Assembly (NCBI GenBank): GCA_046563655.1
Contig: CM102290.1
Span: 12,524,001-12,588,000, forward strand
Direction: 5' to 3'
DNA: 64,000 nucleotides
Origin: Yuukianura sp. NJ FZ-2021
Taxonomy: Eukaryota
The position numbers were made by a program, and so were the translations under genes. Every line of letters begins with the position of its first letter. Positions within the stretch are counted from its first letter, which is position 1. Under the pieces are notes generated by a model. It searched no databases. It saw only the letters and a program-made list of their open reading frames with translations, and was not told where the DNA came from. Of this stretch, positions 13,112 to 26,284 are shown piece after piece.

Positions 13112-16100
13112 ATGTTTCTCCGCTTGATCTCAATCATCTTGATATTCCTGGGACTACTGTCAAATACAATGTGGATTGGATCGGCCGCTTCACAGGAAGA
13201 ACCGCTAAACGATGGACCGGTACGCTCAGAAGTATTTTCTAGCTGGAATCCAATTACAAAGCACATTGACGTCCCGCCATCTCTGCACTACCAAACACAT
13301 GATGAGCAGGATGAAGGACGGGTCATGGACAGTCACACTTCCCCAGATTTGGTACCCCATCCATACATCCATACCCCGTCGACAACGCGACGTAGCCGCC
13401 TAGAACCAGAAGAGTCTCCATCAAAACCGTCATTTGTAAAACTCCCTGTCGTCAATCGACCTCTACAGGTAAGCTCAATTTCATTTTCATTCTTCTACGT
13501 AGCTACTTGGCTATTCTTAGTACCAAAATGCGGCAACATGTGCCATCAAATTATTTATATAATAAGAGGAATTTTAATTTTACTTCTCGCAAAAGCCTAC
13601 TCGAGGGGTTTAGAAATCGATTGCTAAGAGAATCGATGAAGCCTGTGAAGAGTTATCGATTCTTTTTTAGATTCTGTCCATCTTATTGTTAAATTCGTAT
13701 TGCTTTTTAAAAAAACTTGTTTGTTTGCGTCCTTGATGCTTTTATGTCGTTGTTTTTCTTGGAGAATGTTTTCATTTTCCTGTGTTTGACCGATAGCTGT
13801 TTAATCTCCAAACTTGGAATTTCAATAACCTGTAAACTAGTAGGACTAAAAACAGGATTTTAAAGTTTTAAACGCATCAATCGCTTCACTTATCATCGGT
13901 TGACCTTAAACTGTAGATGATTTCTGTTGAGGCTATTACTATTGAAGCTATTTCTGTCGAAGCTATTACTGTTGAAACTATTTCTGTTGAAGCTATTACT
14001 ACTGAAACTATTTCTCCTGAAGCTATTATTGTTGAAACTTACGATTGAAACTATTTCTGTTGAAACTATTATGTTAAAGTTCGTAAAATACTTTAGATGA
14101 TGTGGTAAACCGAGGGAACATAAAGAACAACCTTTACAAAATATGAACGGCGACATTTATTAGGTGGAGTTGGTAAAGGTTATTCTGGAAAGGGCAGTTC
14201 CTATAATTAATAATCCAAATCCACCAGTTTTCAACAATAATTTTGCATTTACTCTCTAACGACCCTCAATTCCAAATTCAATTAATGGATCAATCAATCA
14301 ATCGTGGTGGGAATCCGCACGAACAGAAAGTTACATTTTACTTTTAACTTCAGAATTACAATAATTTTATTTGCGAAACTCGGCGTCGAGTCAATAGTCA
14401 ATAGGTTAATAATACTACTGTGAAACTCAAAGCAATTCCCATTTATCCTATTGTTCCTAAACGAGGTTCCATTTTCGCAACATGATTTCTTGATCCTCTA
14501 TAGAATTCTTTAGTAACTTTACTGCTTATGAATGATTTCTTAAGTTAAGGCTTATTTCTATGCTAGACGCTAGTTTGAAGCTTACTGCTAATTACTTTTC
14601 CTTAGAAAACGTTCATAACTGACTGAAAACATCGATAACTCAAAAATTTAGCTTTGAATTTTTAACTAAATTCTGATGTGGACCCAACGCTACTAATTTT
14701 TTTTACCATGGTGGTTATGTTACATGTTAGGTTAAACTTTTTGTGCCTTTGGGATTATTGGAGCTTTGAAATTGTTAGAATTGCCAGTTACGTTTGTGTT
14801 TGTACTGTAATTGTACAGTTCCTGCTCCGTATTTGTGCTCATCCATCATTTTCTGTCACGAATAGAACGCGAACGAACATACAGTAGAAAATTGTGCTAT
14901 CTAGATGGATGGAATCCTGTTTCCTGTATTTTGATTTCCTGTGATGAGGATTAAGTAATCGGATTAATCATTTGTAATTGATGTATTTTGTAGGTGTCGT
15001 TGTTGGCTGTCATTATGACTGCGGCTGTACTGGCCAATGGGAGTCTAATTCTGAACATTAGTCGTGACAGTTTGAAGCTCAGGATGGTTCACTTCCTCCT
15101 CATCCGCCATGTTTGCATCACTGACTGCCTCGGGGCTCTTCTCGTTCTTCCAGTTCCGCTGTTTGCAGTGGCAAAGGTCAGTGTAATACAGAAAGATTTA
15201 GACTTTCGAGTTCACATAAAGATTAACTTGTGTTTTGGATTGGATCCTTAGGGCAATTGGGATTTCGGAGACAAGATGTGCTCAGCCGTATCAACGACAA
15301 CAGCCGCATGCTGGACCATGCATCTCCTCGCCGTGGCCTTGTATAGAGCGGATCGCGTCCTTGCTGTCTGGCTTCCTGCTGGACACTATCCAATTCTTTC
15401 CGTTCGAATGACGAATATTCTACTTGTGAGTGACCACAATCATCATTTATAATTTATGAATTATATTTTATAAATTATAATTTATAATAATTGGATGATC
15501 TTAATTGATTTGAACGATTGGTTGTAGGTGATAGTCTGGTGTTTGGCGGTTGGTGGGTCTTACGGGGCTACCGTTCTCTTTGGTCCCACATTCCAGCCAG
15601 CGTTGGCTCTCTGTATACCGGACGTACCGCTCATTTTCTTTGTTATCGTCTTTGCGGGTTACTGCATCGGCCTGGTGGGGCTCACCACAGGCTACGTCCT
15701 TGCCTTTGCAAGGCGTCGTCGTAGGAAGCGCAAGAAGGAACGACAGTTGGTGGGTGTGTATCCACAACTTCAAAATAATGCACCATTCGAACCCACCCCC
15801 AACAAGTACATTGACGAAGAGATTGAAGACTTTGAAGACAATAATTCCAGGTACACCAAATACTTATTACAAAATGTTTCAACGTAATCCTAACGAAGGT
15901 ATGACTATTGCAGTGGCAAAGGACGGAAACGAAGAGCCCTCAGCGATCAGTTCCCGGTTCTTAACATGCAGGCAAACGTACATGTCCAGCAATCTCCATA
16001 CAGTCATCGACGTACGTTTTCCGAAAGTGCAACTTCTTACCGTCCAACAACTATTTTCACAACTCTTGTCACCAGGAGTCATCGAAATAAGAGTCCCTGT

Positions 16101-17270
16101 CCTCCTTCAAGCCTCAACCACAGTCCATGTACGCCAACGCCTCCATCGTCGTCACATCATTCGGCCTCACTCAGCCGACCGTCACATCCGCCACCTCCAA
16201 CGTCCTGGGAAAACTTGACCTTGACTGGGAGCAGCCATGGCTACGAAAGATTGGCAGAAGACGAAAGCTCATCTTCCGAATTCTCCGCCACTGTTACATC
16301 CACGCCCGTTTATCCTACGAAACTCCTTCATTCTTTCTCGTTTGATGAAAGAGGACTCACATCCAAAGTGGAACAGCTCAGAAACAGCGCTGTTACGTCT
16401 ACTCAATCCAAGTCGTTTGATTCGGCTGACTCAATTGCCCAGAAGAGACTCAAGTTCCTCCGTTCACATCTTCTGCCATCATCGGCTACTTGTCCCATTC
16501 CCCATCAAATTCCATCTGCGACTACTTACACCACATATCCAGGTCCCACTGGCAAAGTCAAGCGCCGAGACAGAACTGAGATACAGCGGTGTTTTAGTGG
16601 CGTCCAAGCTTGGTCTCTCGATCGCAGAAGTATTTTGTCCGGCAAGAGTTCCGTGGGGGCGTTGGTGATCAACGGTCCTGGTGACAATCCATGTTTTGGC
16701 GGAAGTGAGACGAGTGAGAGTCTTCCGAGTCTTCTTCCGAGCCCGCCTAGCGATGATCATAGCTTCGTTCAGTCCTCCATGCCCCCTACGCAGCCTACTT
16801 TCCTTACTTGTTCCAAAACTCAATTGACACTGGGAGTCTCTGTACAGAGTTTAAGTCTCTGTGGTGATGGCCGGCCACCGGATGTGACGTCACTCACTTC
16901 TCGAGTAATTTCGGAGAGTCCTGATCGCGTCGTCAAAGCAATGCAGCAGCCAGTGAGGAAACATAGAACGAGAGCACGACTCAAGCATTTCCGGCCGAAG
17001 CCAAAGAAGAGTGGGCCTGCCAAGAGGGCTTTAGCTTCGTACGCCATCAGTGTTGGGCATCTTCTGCTGTATTTACCGGCAATGTTCGTGGTGGGTCTCC
17101 AAGGATCGTCTCTCCCGCCAGGAATTGCCCTCTGCTGTGGAATTGTCGTCTACTGTGACTTTTTAATTCAACCAATTGCACTCCTTCTTGTGTCTCATCG
17201 TCTGCGACTTGAAGTGGAAAAGACGGTTGGATCCCTGTTCCGTAGGAAGTCAAAGTCGTTACCGGCCTGA
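13112..17270 (+). CDS. Orphan rhodopsin-like (class A) GPCR, ~797 aa, very long ICL3; exons 13112-13468, 14994-15176, 15252-15425, 15528-15850, 15914-17270
   Basis: Seven hydrophobic segments with class A landmarks: TM1 AVLANG, TM2 HVCITD...LP, ECL1 GNWDFGDKMC, TM3 end ADRVLAV, TM4 IVW, ECL2 Cys (LALCIPD), TM6 LLYLP, TM7 LIQPIAL. GT-AG splice phases are consistent. Confidence 0.8.
13919..14080. repeat. 15-bp minisatellite (gaa(g/a)ctatt(t/a)ctgtt), ~10 imperfect copies, in GPCR intron
   Basis: Directly visible tandem periodicity; produces the spurious SFNRN/SFNSN ORF. Confidence 0.85.
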
Positions 17271-18083
17271 AGTCATTGCTGCAGTGAGATGGTTCCGATT
17301 ACTAATTGAGATGAGTTTCACTAAAATTTGGGTTATTCCGTTGTTTCGTTAAACCGGTATGACAGAGTTATGTTTGTACCTTGTTAAGCATGTCTTAAGT
17401 TATGTATTGAAGACGCTAAACCTAGTTCAGCGTTAATTTGTTTTTTGCTTACGTTTTGTTTTGTTTAAGCAATTCCAGTGTATGGTCGGTTTTGCTTCTG
17501 CATCTGCGCTTGTCTTGTGAAACAATCGAGATGACGTTTATAGTTACCCGCAAAACGTTTCAACTGCCAAGCATCCGTTTTGATTCACATTTCAATAAGT
17601 ACTGCCGCATATCACAACATAATTTATAGTATGTTAGTAAGAAAATGTTGATGATGAGCTTGAGCAGGAGAAGGTTAGTTCCTTCTTTTACGTTTGGAAA
17701 TAGATACTGATCAAGTATGGCTGCCACTGTGATAACAAAAATCCAGTATCAATCAAAGTGGGTTACCTTTACCTAATGTAGTGTTTATCATGTGTACCAC
17801 AACAGGGTTAATATTATGGAGGAGTAATAATTTATAGTGCGTCGGTGGTTGACGCTAGTCAAAACTAACTAGAAGTTACTAGTCTATTCCCAATCTCAAA
17901 TCGTGAATCAAAACGTTTTTTGAATCTTTTTTTCATTTTTGACTTTTTTTTATATACACGTTTGTACGTTTTTTTGTTATGTCACATGATTTTAGTGAAA
18001 CTCATCTTTTTAATTAATATAAGTACTTAATCTTGGTTTCAGCAAGATCAGATTCTCCGGCAGAAATCAAGGGAATATGACTA

Positions 18084-18482
18084 CAGTAGAACCTCTCATA
18101 TGCGAAACTTTTAGCTCCGCCTCTCCTGACGGGATATCGGAAAATTTAAAAAATTTTGGCGCGATTTTACTTGCAAACAAAACAAAACTTTTTTGGGTGG
18201 TGCAGTGTGTCCAGTTGTGTTGGATGGATAAAATATTTCTTCCACTCTCCTCGAAAGTGGTTGATATATCCGGATTTTATTGGTTTCTTCCGGACGAAAC
18301 TCAATTTCGGCCATCGGGGAAACAGGATTTCATCCAAAATTGTCCATTTATCCACTGGATATCATCTGGACGAAATGCTAAAAAAAGTGAATGCAACACT
18401 GCATGTGTAAGAATTTGTAACCGCGAAAAGTCTTGTTCAAATCAACCAATTAGGGCGTGTTGCTGAATGAGAGGTTCTACTG
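18084..18482. mobile_element. Tc1/mariner (pogo/Tigger-like) MITE, TA TSD
   Basis: Perfect 16-bp TIR CAGTAGAACCTCTCAT...ATGAGAGGTTCTACTG flanked by TA on both sides. Related copy at 58802-59022. Confidence 0.85.
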
Positions 18483-19433
18483 TACTGTTGTTAAACGTAA
18501 TCGTCATGAGATCTAAAAATCATCATAATTCCAGAGATAGGAGGCAGAGATGAACTGTGCACTTGAACAGCTTACTACGGAATATGAATTACTTTAAGTA
18601 ATTACCTGATTGCTTAAATAATTACTTCTGGAGGTTGGAATTTACAATTTAATTTGTAAATGTCCAATTCATTTGGATTTGGTTGGACAGGGAAATGGCT
18701 ATGGAAAAGCTTAATGCAAAGGTCACCACCATTTTGATTTTATGTAAAAAAAAAAATGAAACCGATGATAAAATCCCGAGTAACAAGGTTTGAATAGAAT
18801 TGCAATGGATAAATCATTACCAATTATGTACTAATATTTTAGTTGCTCAGTTTTTAGTAACTATAATTAGCCTCCCTTTTAGGTTTAGTTTGTATAGTAT
18901 GTCTGTATGTCGCCGAATGTAAAAAAAACGCAACTTTAGAAAATGTGTTAACTTATTGTAAAGGATTTCGTTAGTATAAAGCGCAGTACCAGTTTAGTAT
19001 GTAGGTTATGTAACTTATTTTGTTGTTATTCCCTGGTTTAGATGCACCTTATTACTAGTATTTAATCGCATTTCCCTTGCCGAAGTGCAGCTAAGAAGTG
19101 TCTTAGGTAGCTACAAAAAATGCAAAATGTAGTTTCCCAAAAGAAAAAAAAATCCATTTCCAAAAAGTGGAAATGAAAAATCTCAATTGAAATAATACTG
19201 TTGTAAAGTGATCCTCATTTACTAAGATATTAGAGTCTCCTAACAGTAAGCAACACTTGTATCAAAGAATTGTTTCATAATAAAGTCAATTTTTGTGTAT
19301 ATTCAACATTACGGAGAAGATTTGTGTAGTGTGCAGAACGTTCAGCATTTTCGTTACTTTGTACACAACATTGACTTTATTCTTTGGTATGAAATTGTAA
19401 GTACGATTTTAAAACGGAATTTTGTGAGTTGAC

Positions 19434-21509
19434 TTACGACCAAACTTCCGTTTGATATCGATTTTCTGCTACTAGTTGTTTCATGTACGCCCCCGGATTA
19501 CTGCAACCGTTTTGTCGGAATATTGACACAAAGGCTTCGGAAACGTCAATGGGCATACGCTTAGCATTTCCAGCGATATAAATAGCTCCGCCATGGTGCT
19601 CTATTAAATCCCATAGAAGTGGTCCTGCCTCTGCGATTCTGTGTTGAACATAGGTGGATCTGAAACATGAAATTTCGAATGATAGAAGGAAGTTCCAAAT
19701 TTTCGAATTTCGAAATCATGTAAAACGTACAACGATTGAGAAACCTTACCCTGCCTCTGGATTTTCCCTGGAAAAGGCCGTGAAAAGCTTTAGTTGCTTT
19801 TGGTCCTGGAGCCGTGACCATTCGTCTTCGAAGTAAAAGTCTTTGTTTTTGAAGCGACAGCCGAAAAACAGAATCAGAGGAGCAGAACATGTTCTAGTAC
19901 GTTCAGAAATGAAAGAACGAAAAGGAGCACAACCAGTTCCTGGACCGACCATAATCACTGCTTGTTTCTGAAAATATAAAAGACATTATTTTAGACAGAG
20001 TAACTGAAGGTTGAAAACGAAGGAACTTTTCAAAATGTTTAGCTCTTACGTTTTGTGCGGGAGGGAAATGGAAACTTCCAGGCTGGATCCATATCGGGAC
20101 GTCTGCTCCTGGTGAGAGACTGGCCAGCCAATTGGAACAGAGTCCTAACCGTGGTTTCTTTAGTTTCGTTCGGAAGTTGACCACGGCCACGAGAATTTGA
20201 AGTTCGTTGCCTAGGGCTGCCATGGAAGATGCAATTGAAAAAGAGCGCGGTTTGATAGGCGGAATCAAATCGAAAAGATAGTCGACTGGAATATTTGGAA
20301 GTGCAAATGGAAAATCGGCCAGTACTTCCAAAATGTTTCGCTTGGGACGATTACAGTATGAGTAGAGATCTTGCTGTCCAGCAGAAGAACTGAATTCAAC
20401 CAACTTCTCACGTTCAATGTCACTCGTCGTAAAGTGAGCCAGTAGTTCAAAGAAGTAGCGCTTAGGAATTGCTTGAATATCAAAGTAATGGCGAACTGCT
20501 TGAGTCCATGTCCATGGAAACGGATGTAACTGTTTCAATTCTGGTGGAATTTTAGCCCAGCTCCAATTACGTTTTAGAACGAACTCTTCATTGCGCTTAG
20601 CATCTAACTCCGGAAAAAGTCTGAAGAATTCTTCGACATTGTCGTCACTGTTGGAAGGTTGAATGACAGCAACGTCTCCAGGAACGTAGTCCAACCCGGA
20701 ATGGCCCAAATCAATAGAGATGAGCCGGACATCCTGGAAATGGTCCTCTGCAGTTACTCTTCTATTCTTAATAAGTTCGCACTTCCACACCGATTGATTT
20801 TCCATGACTTGATTTACCTTTTCAGTATCCAAGTCCATGTCGTCTGGACTTAGAGCACAGAATTTTGATTTTAAAAGTAAATCTTCCGGTGGTGACTTGT
20901 TATGATCCTGAATCGGAATTTGAGCCCAGAGGGCAGGCAGCCATTCGTCAATAACTGCATCAGGACCAAGTTCGTGTTGATCGTCAGCAAGAAACAGTGG
21001 AGTCATTTCCTTAGCTCCGAGTTGTTTCAATCGCTTATACAATTTCTTCGCAACGAAGTTAAACTTGGCGTACGAAGAATCCCCAAGTCCAAGAACTGTA
21101 AATGATACTTCGGACAAATACTGTAAAGAGAGACAGCGTTTCAGCAGTGACTTCCAGAATGACTTCATGTTGTCGGGTTCTTCCCCTTGCCCAGTTGTTG
21201 AGGCAATCAAGATCAATAGTTTAGCGTGAGGTAATTCACTAAAGTCAAATGCATTCATTGATGAGATATAGGGGTCAAACCCATTTCGAATTGCTTCTCT
21301 GCCTACGCGTTCAGCAACATCCTCTGCTGTTCCAGTTTGACTTCCGTACAGGACAACAAACTTTAACCCTCGGTCGGTGTAATTCGTCTGCAATAAAGTT
21401 AAAAAATCAAGTTAATTTACCATGTAAGTGTCATAATCAAAACTTAACTAATAGCTAGCAATTTAATTAACAGATTATTAACACTTTAATTGCTTACCAT
21501 ATCCTTCAT
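19434..21509 (-). CDS. NDOR1: NADPH-dependent diflavin oxidoreductase 1; exons 21509-21498, 21387-20050, 19967-19750, 19659-19434
   Basis: FMN domain VLYGSQTGTAEDVA, STTGQGEEPDNM, GLGDSSYAKFNFVAKKL; FAD domain PRSFSIAS, GLCSNWL; NADPH domain MVGPGTGCAPFRS; C-terminus YQTEVWS*. No N-terminal membrane anchor, so not POR. Confidence 0.93.
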
Positions 21510-24500
21510 TTGTGCAAGCTAATGTAACTTCGTGGGCCAAATTAGTTGAACTTACTGTCACATACGTTCCAACGTACTACAACGATTAACAATAACGTCA
21601 ATTAACTAAAAATATAATAAAAGTCATAACGCTTACCAGTAAATTGAATTTGAATTGAATGTTGAACATTGAATTTCAATTTCAGTCTCGCTTTCCCACG
21701 CCACTCTTTTTAAAACTGGAAAGGATACGCCCTCTCATCGTGGATGTCTCATAAAGATCTTTCCCAAAGAGGCTTGCAAAATTTTGTCTTTAATTTTCTA
21801 CAATTGATTTACTAAATTGTAATTAACTTTAATAATAGTGCCATTTTAATACTTAATAATAAAATATTTAATTTCCTCATCTGTTTCAAAAACTTTACTC
21901 TGTGTAAATTGAGGACTAACTTTTATTTCAAATGTAAGTTTGATTATGTTATATCTATTAACTATGTTCAGTTACTAATGTTGTAATTATTACGTAATGT
22001 AAGTTACTTAAACAACTTTACACAATGTAAGTTACATAAAGCAAAAATACATAAGGTACAAACATACGACGTTCAAACTTTTGAAGTTCAAAGTTAAACT
22101 GTTCGGCCTTCTGTAGAAGCCTTCTCAATTTGATGAAGATGACCAGAATGTAATTGGACTCGTTTAGAAAAACTTTGAAATTCAATACTTTTTTCAATGA
22201 TTTTCAAAATTTCATTTTTTTTTAATTGGACATTCTTTCTATACCATTTTAACTCCTTGACATGTCAAAGTATGAGGCTCAAGGAAAACCCTAAAATAAC
22301 TTTTTATTTAACATTTACGTGAATAGGGACTTATAAATACTTTTGACGCGTTTGCTTCTGATTGACTTTCATATTGCAGCAAATTTTGAATGGAGTGGCA
22401 AAATTCGATGGACAAAGGCCGAAGTAAGTTGACTTGCTTAAGGGCTCGTTTGAATGGAGGATCAATTCCATTGTGCGTACCTTGATTGGGGCGGGAGGGG
22501 GATGGCCCCTTATTTGTTTGTGAATGACTGTGTGTCTTTGGGAGTCCTTGAACTCCCTGGACTAAACCTGAACCGTTTAACTTAGGTTAACGTGGACTTG
22601 GTGTGGGACCCTTATCTGTTTGTATGGGCGGAGGACCCACATGGACACTTAAGTCCACCTAAGGGTCCTTAGGCCACAAGGCCTTGGATCTCTCTTCCTA
22701 GTAACCTCCCCGGCCTCCTCCGTACTAATGGAGTGCAAACACACAAATCAAGAGCAAACAAATTAAAATCCGAACCAGAACCAACTCAACAAACGAGGCG
22801 ATGTACAACGGCCAGTATACTTTCTATGCACTACATTTACCTGGAGCCCTTTAATAATTCAAGTACCCCATGCTGTCCTATCCTATCTACTCTTTACATG
22901 TTCTACCATACAAACACATAACGTAAACCAAAACATTCACCAATTAATGACGAACAAACTACTTATTCAACACCGCGGTACTCAAAAATATTAGTCAAAT
23001 CAAAATTCATAGAGTCCAGTCCCGAAAGCTTCCAAAACTTCATCAAAAGTTCAAATTTTTCTACCACAACTCAAAAAATTTGTATATTCAATCTCAAATT
23101 TTTTTTTGAACATTTTGCTCCCTTTTTAGCCGTCAGCCCTTCTTATGTTTTTTAACATTACTTCAGGTTATTGCTTTTGAAAAAAAAAGGAAAAGAAAAA
23201 GGAAATAAACTGAAAATTCGAAAAAGTGTAGTTTTGAATTCCATAGTTTTTCAACGGATTTTTGAATTCATGTAAACCTTTTCCAAGGCTTCATTCATTT
23301 TGCACCTCGTGCAGAATGAATCTCAATTTTCGAAATGTATCAATTTCATGACTTTTGTGCAATAAAATTGTCATTGTTAAAATGTGCATCTCAATTTAAA
23401 GAAACCCCAGGATTCCTTCAGATGATTCACTTTGAGTATTTTTTAACAAGCGTGTGAAAGTTGACTGTGAGACTATAAAACTGTCAAGGTGTAAATAGTC
23501 CAGCAGAGGTATCATATCCAGTACATTCGATACTTCCATTGACCCCATTCTTCCTGTTCAAGACGACCAGTTTGACCAAGGTTTTTTAAATTTGATTTTC
23601 TTTAACAGGTTGGGTAATACCTCATGTTTCTTCCGATTTTACAAGAAAAAGTGTCTTTTCATTTCAGAGCATCGTAGTCATAACAATACATACGAATCTT
23701 CTAAGTTTTGCACACTAATTGGTACCAGTTTTTCGGATTACTACCAATTGGTACTAACTTTTTGTTATTTTTCATTTTTTGTCAACAAGCGAGGCAGTAC
23801 TCAACCTGTTAAAGAGAATCAACTTTTCGTTGTCAAGGAACTTTGAGTGTGACTCAGTTCCAAAAGTAATTAAAACTGATTCAGGGATTTCCACGATTGT
23901 GTCCAATTACTCCATTCAACCAATCCTGGTTGGCTTGGTTCCAAAATTCCTGTTTTGTTGTCTGTCTCCGTGTCAAAGGTGTCCAGAACAACATAAAAAT
24001 ACAATCTTAAATTTAGTAGGTCAAAGGTCAATCAATGTTACTTTTCTATTACTTAGGATTGAATTTAAAATGAAAAAAGATTGAAATATACATGGTCCAT
24101 GGTTATGACTTTTTTGTCTAAAAACCGAATGTTGTTGGGTAAATTTAAAGACCGTCATAACAATGTTCCCAAAGTGGAAGATGGATTTGGTAGGCTATGA
24201 GGCAGATCGGAACAAAGAACAGTGGCTTTTGGCTACCACCAGACTGGAGGTTGTAAGTCATAAAATGCAGAGTAGCCTGTTAGTACTTTTTTACCTCTTG
24301 CACGGAAAGTGATCAAGTAGCTTCTGTAAATTTTCCAATTTGTGAATTTCTCAAAAAATTTAGTAAGGTAAGGTAGAGCCTTTGTGAAGGAAATGGCATT
24401 CGCATGGATCAAACCAAAAAAAAATTGTGGAAAAACAAGCAGAGAAGCAGTTCAAACTTTTTTTCGCGACTTCTACTAAAAATGTGAAGTCAAACGCACG

Positions 24501-25173
24501 AACGTCCGCGAATTGCAAAGATTTCGTTGATTTGGTTGGAAAGTTTAAAAAAAAATGCATTTTGAATCGAAAGACACAAAAAACTTAAATAAGAAAATAA
24601 ATATATTTAAAAATGGGGGAAAATGAACAAAAGAAGAAACTCGGAGTTTCAAAATTTTTCATCTACAAAAGTACAAAACTGACTAAAATTGGAATTGAGC
24701 GTGTTAACATTACAAAAAAAAATCAAAAGCGAATAGCACTGTTTTTAAAATGGAAATCCAATGACTATACGGTTACATTTCCCAGCACTTCCAAAATTTC
24801 AAAATTCAAAAGGGCTCGCCGTTTTTTAAATTGAAAATTCTGTGACTGTTCGTAAGGGCCTCCTTGATGCGGGGCCCTTAGAACCAGGGTATTTCCTCGC
24901 TTTCTGTCTACAGAAGTTTTCGGAGGGTTGTGGAACAGCTCCCTTCGGTTTTAATTCTTGAGCCCTTGAAGAGGGGTAGGGTCCAGGGGAGGGGGATGAA
25001 ATGGAAGATGTGAAGGCTCCTTTCGGTCCTAGTCTTTGTGTCTTGTGTTGGCTGAGGCCTTGGTGCGAGTCCCTTGACAGGGTCCGTAAGATCTATGCTG
25101 GGGAAGATCTGTTAGACAAGATCTCTGGTTCTACGTAGGGTCCTGGGAATAAGGGCTCCTGAGACCTAAGGGC

Positions 25174-25255
25174 CACGCGTCTGGTGGTTCGTATGTTGTG
25201 GTGGTCGCGTGGAACGGGCTCCTGGGCATCAATCCATCTTCACGAGGGGATTTTC
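25174..25255. promoter_or_regulatory. Cluster of Hairy/E(spl)-type sites and a kappaB-like site upstream of ASH
   Basis: CACGCG at 25174-25179, CACGCG on minus at 25206-25211, N-box CACGAG at 25241-25246, GGGGATTTTC at 25246-25255; all 120-200 bp upstream of the ATG. Confidence 0.5.
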
Positions 25256-25373
25256 AAATGTAGAAGGCACAGGAACAATGGAACAAGAAAGGAACCAACA
25301 CCTGGACTAGGCAGTTCAGTCCACCGCCACAGTTCAAACGGAACACATCCTGTCACGGACAGACTCCACCGTC

Positions 25374-26284
25374 ATGGCAACCAGTCCCACCAAACAGTCC
25401 CACCTATTTCCCACCAGCCCCACGGGGGCACAGAACCATCTTCTTAAGGTCGAACCGACGTCGTCTCCATCCAATCACTCCAGAAGCTCAAACACAACGA
25501 CTTCAGAAAACGACGAACCAAATTTACACGACTCCAAGTCTACCAATGCCTTTAACAAATGCAAACGGAAAATCAACTTTCCAACGTTTCCGCCACCGAA
25601 CAAACACCAACCAGCCACTGTTGCACGCCGAAATGCCCGGGAAAGGAATCGGGTCAAACAGGTAAGCTCGTTTTTCAAAAACACTTCAAATTTTTCCACG
25701 GAAGTGACTGGAAGTGCGGAAAACTGCAAATTTTCCAGCGGAAAACTCAAATTTTCCAGCAGAAAACTGCAAATTTCCCCGCGGGAAGTTTTACGCCGCG
25801 GAAAATTCAAAACGGAAGGGAAAGTTGTAATCCGCTCTTTGTCTGACCCTAGCTTAACCTTTTGCTTTAGGTTAACAATGGGTTTGCTTCACTCAAACAA
25901 CATATTCCGCCAGAGCACAGAGCCAAGAAAATGTCCAAGGTAGAGACCCTGCGTTGTGCTGTGGACTACATCCGAAGGCTCCAAGTGGCCCTTGACATTT
26001 CTCGCATGTCAAGTGACAGTCAAGGGCCCAAGGAAGAGGGTAGTGCCAAGTCAGTGTTTGGATCCATGGACTTCGCACCCTATGGAAGTTCAACCAATGA
26101 GCAGCTTTCGTTGTCCCCTACATCCTCAGATGACCCGGGAGACAAGAGGTCATATGTCAATTCATCCTTGAATCAAGGGACTGGAGCAGAGTCAAGTGGT
26201 CTCTATGACTACGACTATGATGGAGTTACCAGTGGAGATGAAGATGAACTACTTGATGCCATTTCCATTTGGCAACAATCCTAA
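25374..26284 (+). CDS. ASH: Proneural achaete-scute homolog (ASH); exons 25374-25661, 25871-26284
   Basis: b[55 protein letters not shown], upstream CKRKINF motif, and proneural C-terminal motif [15 protein letters not shown]. Confidence 0.93.
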
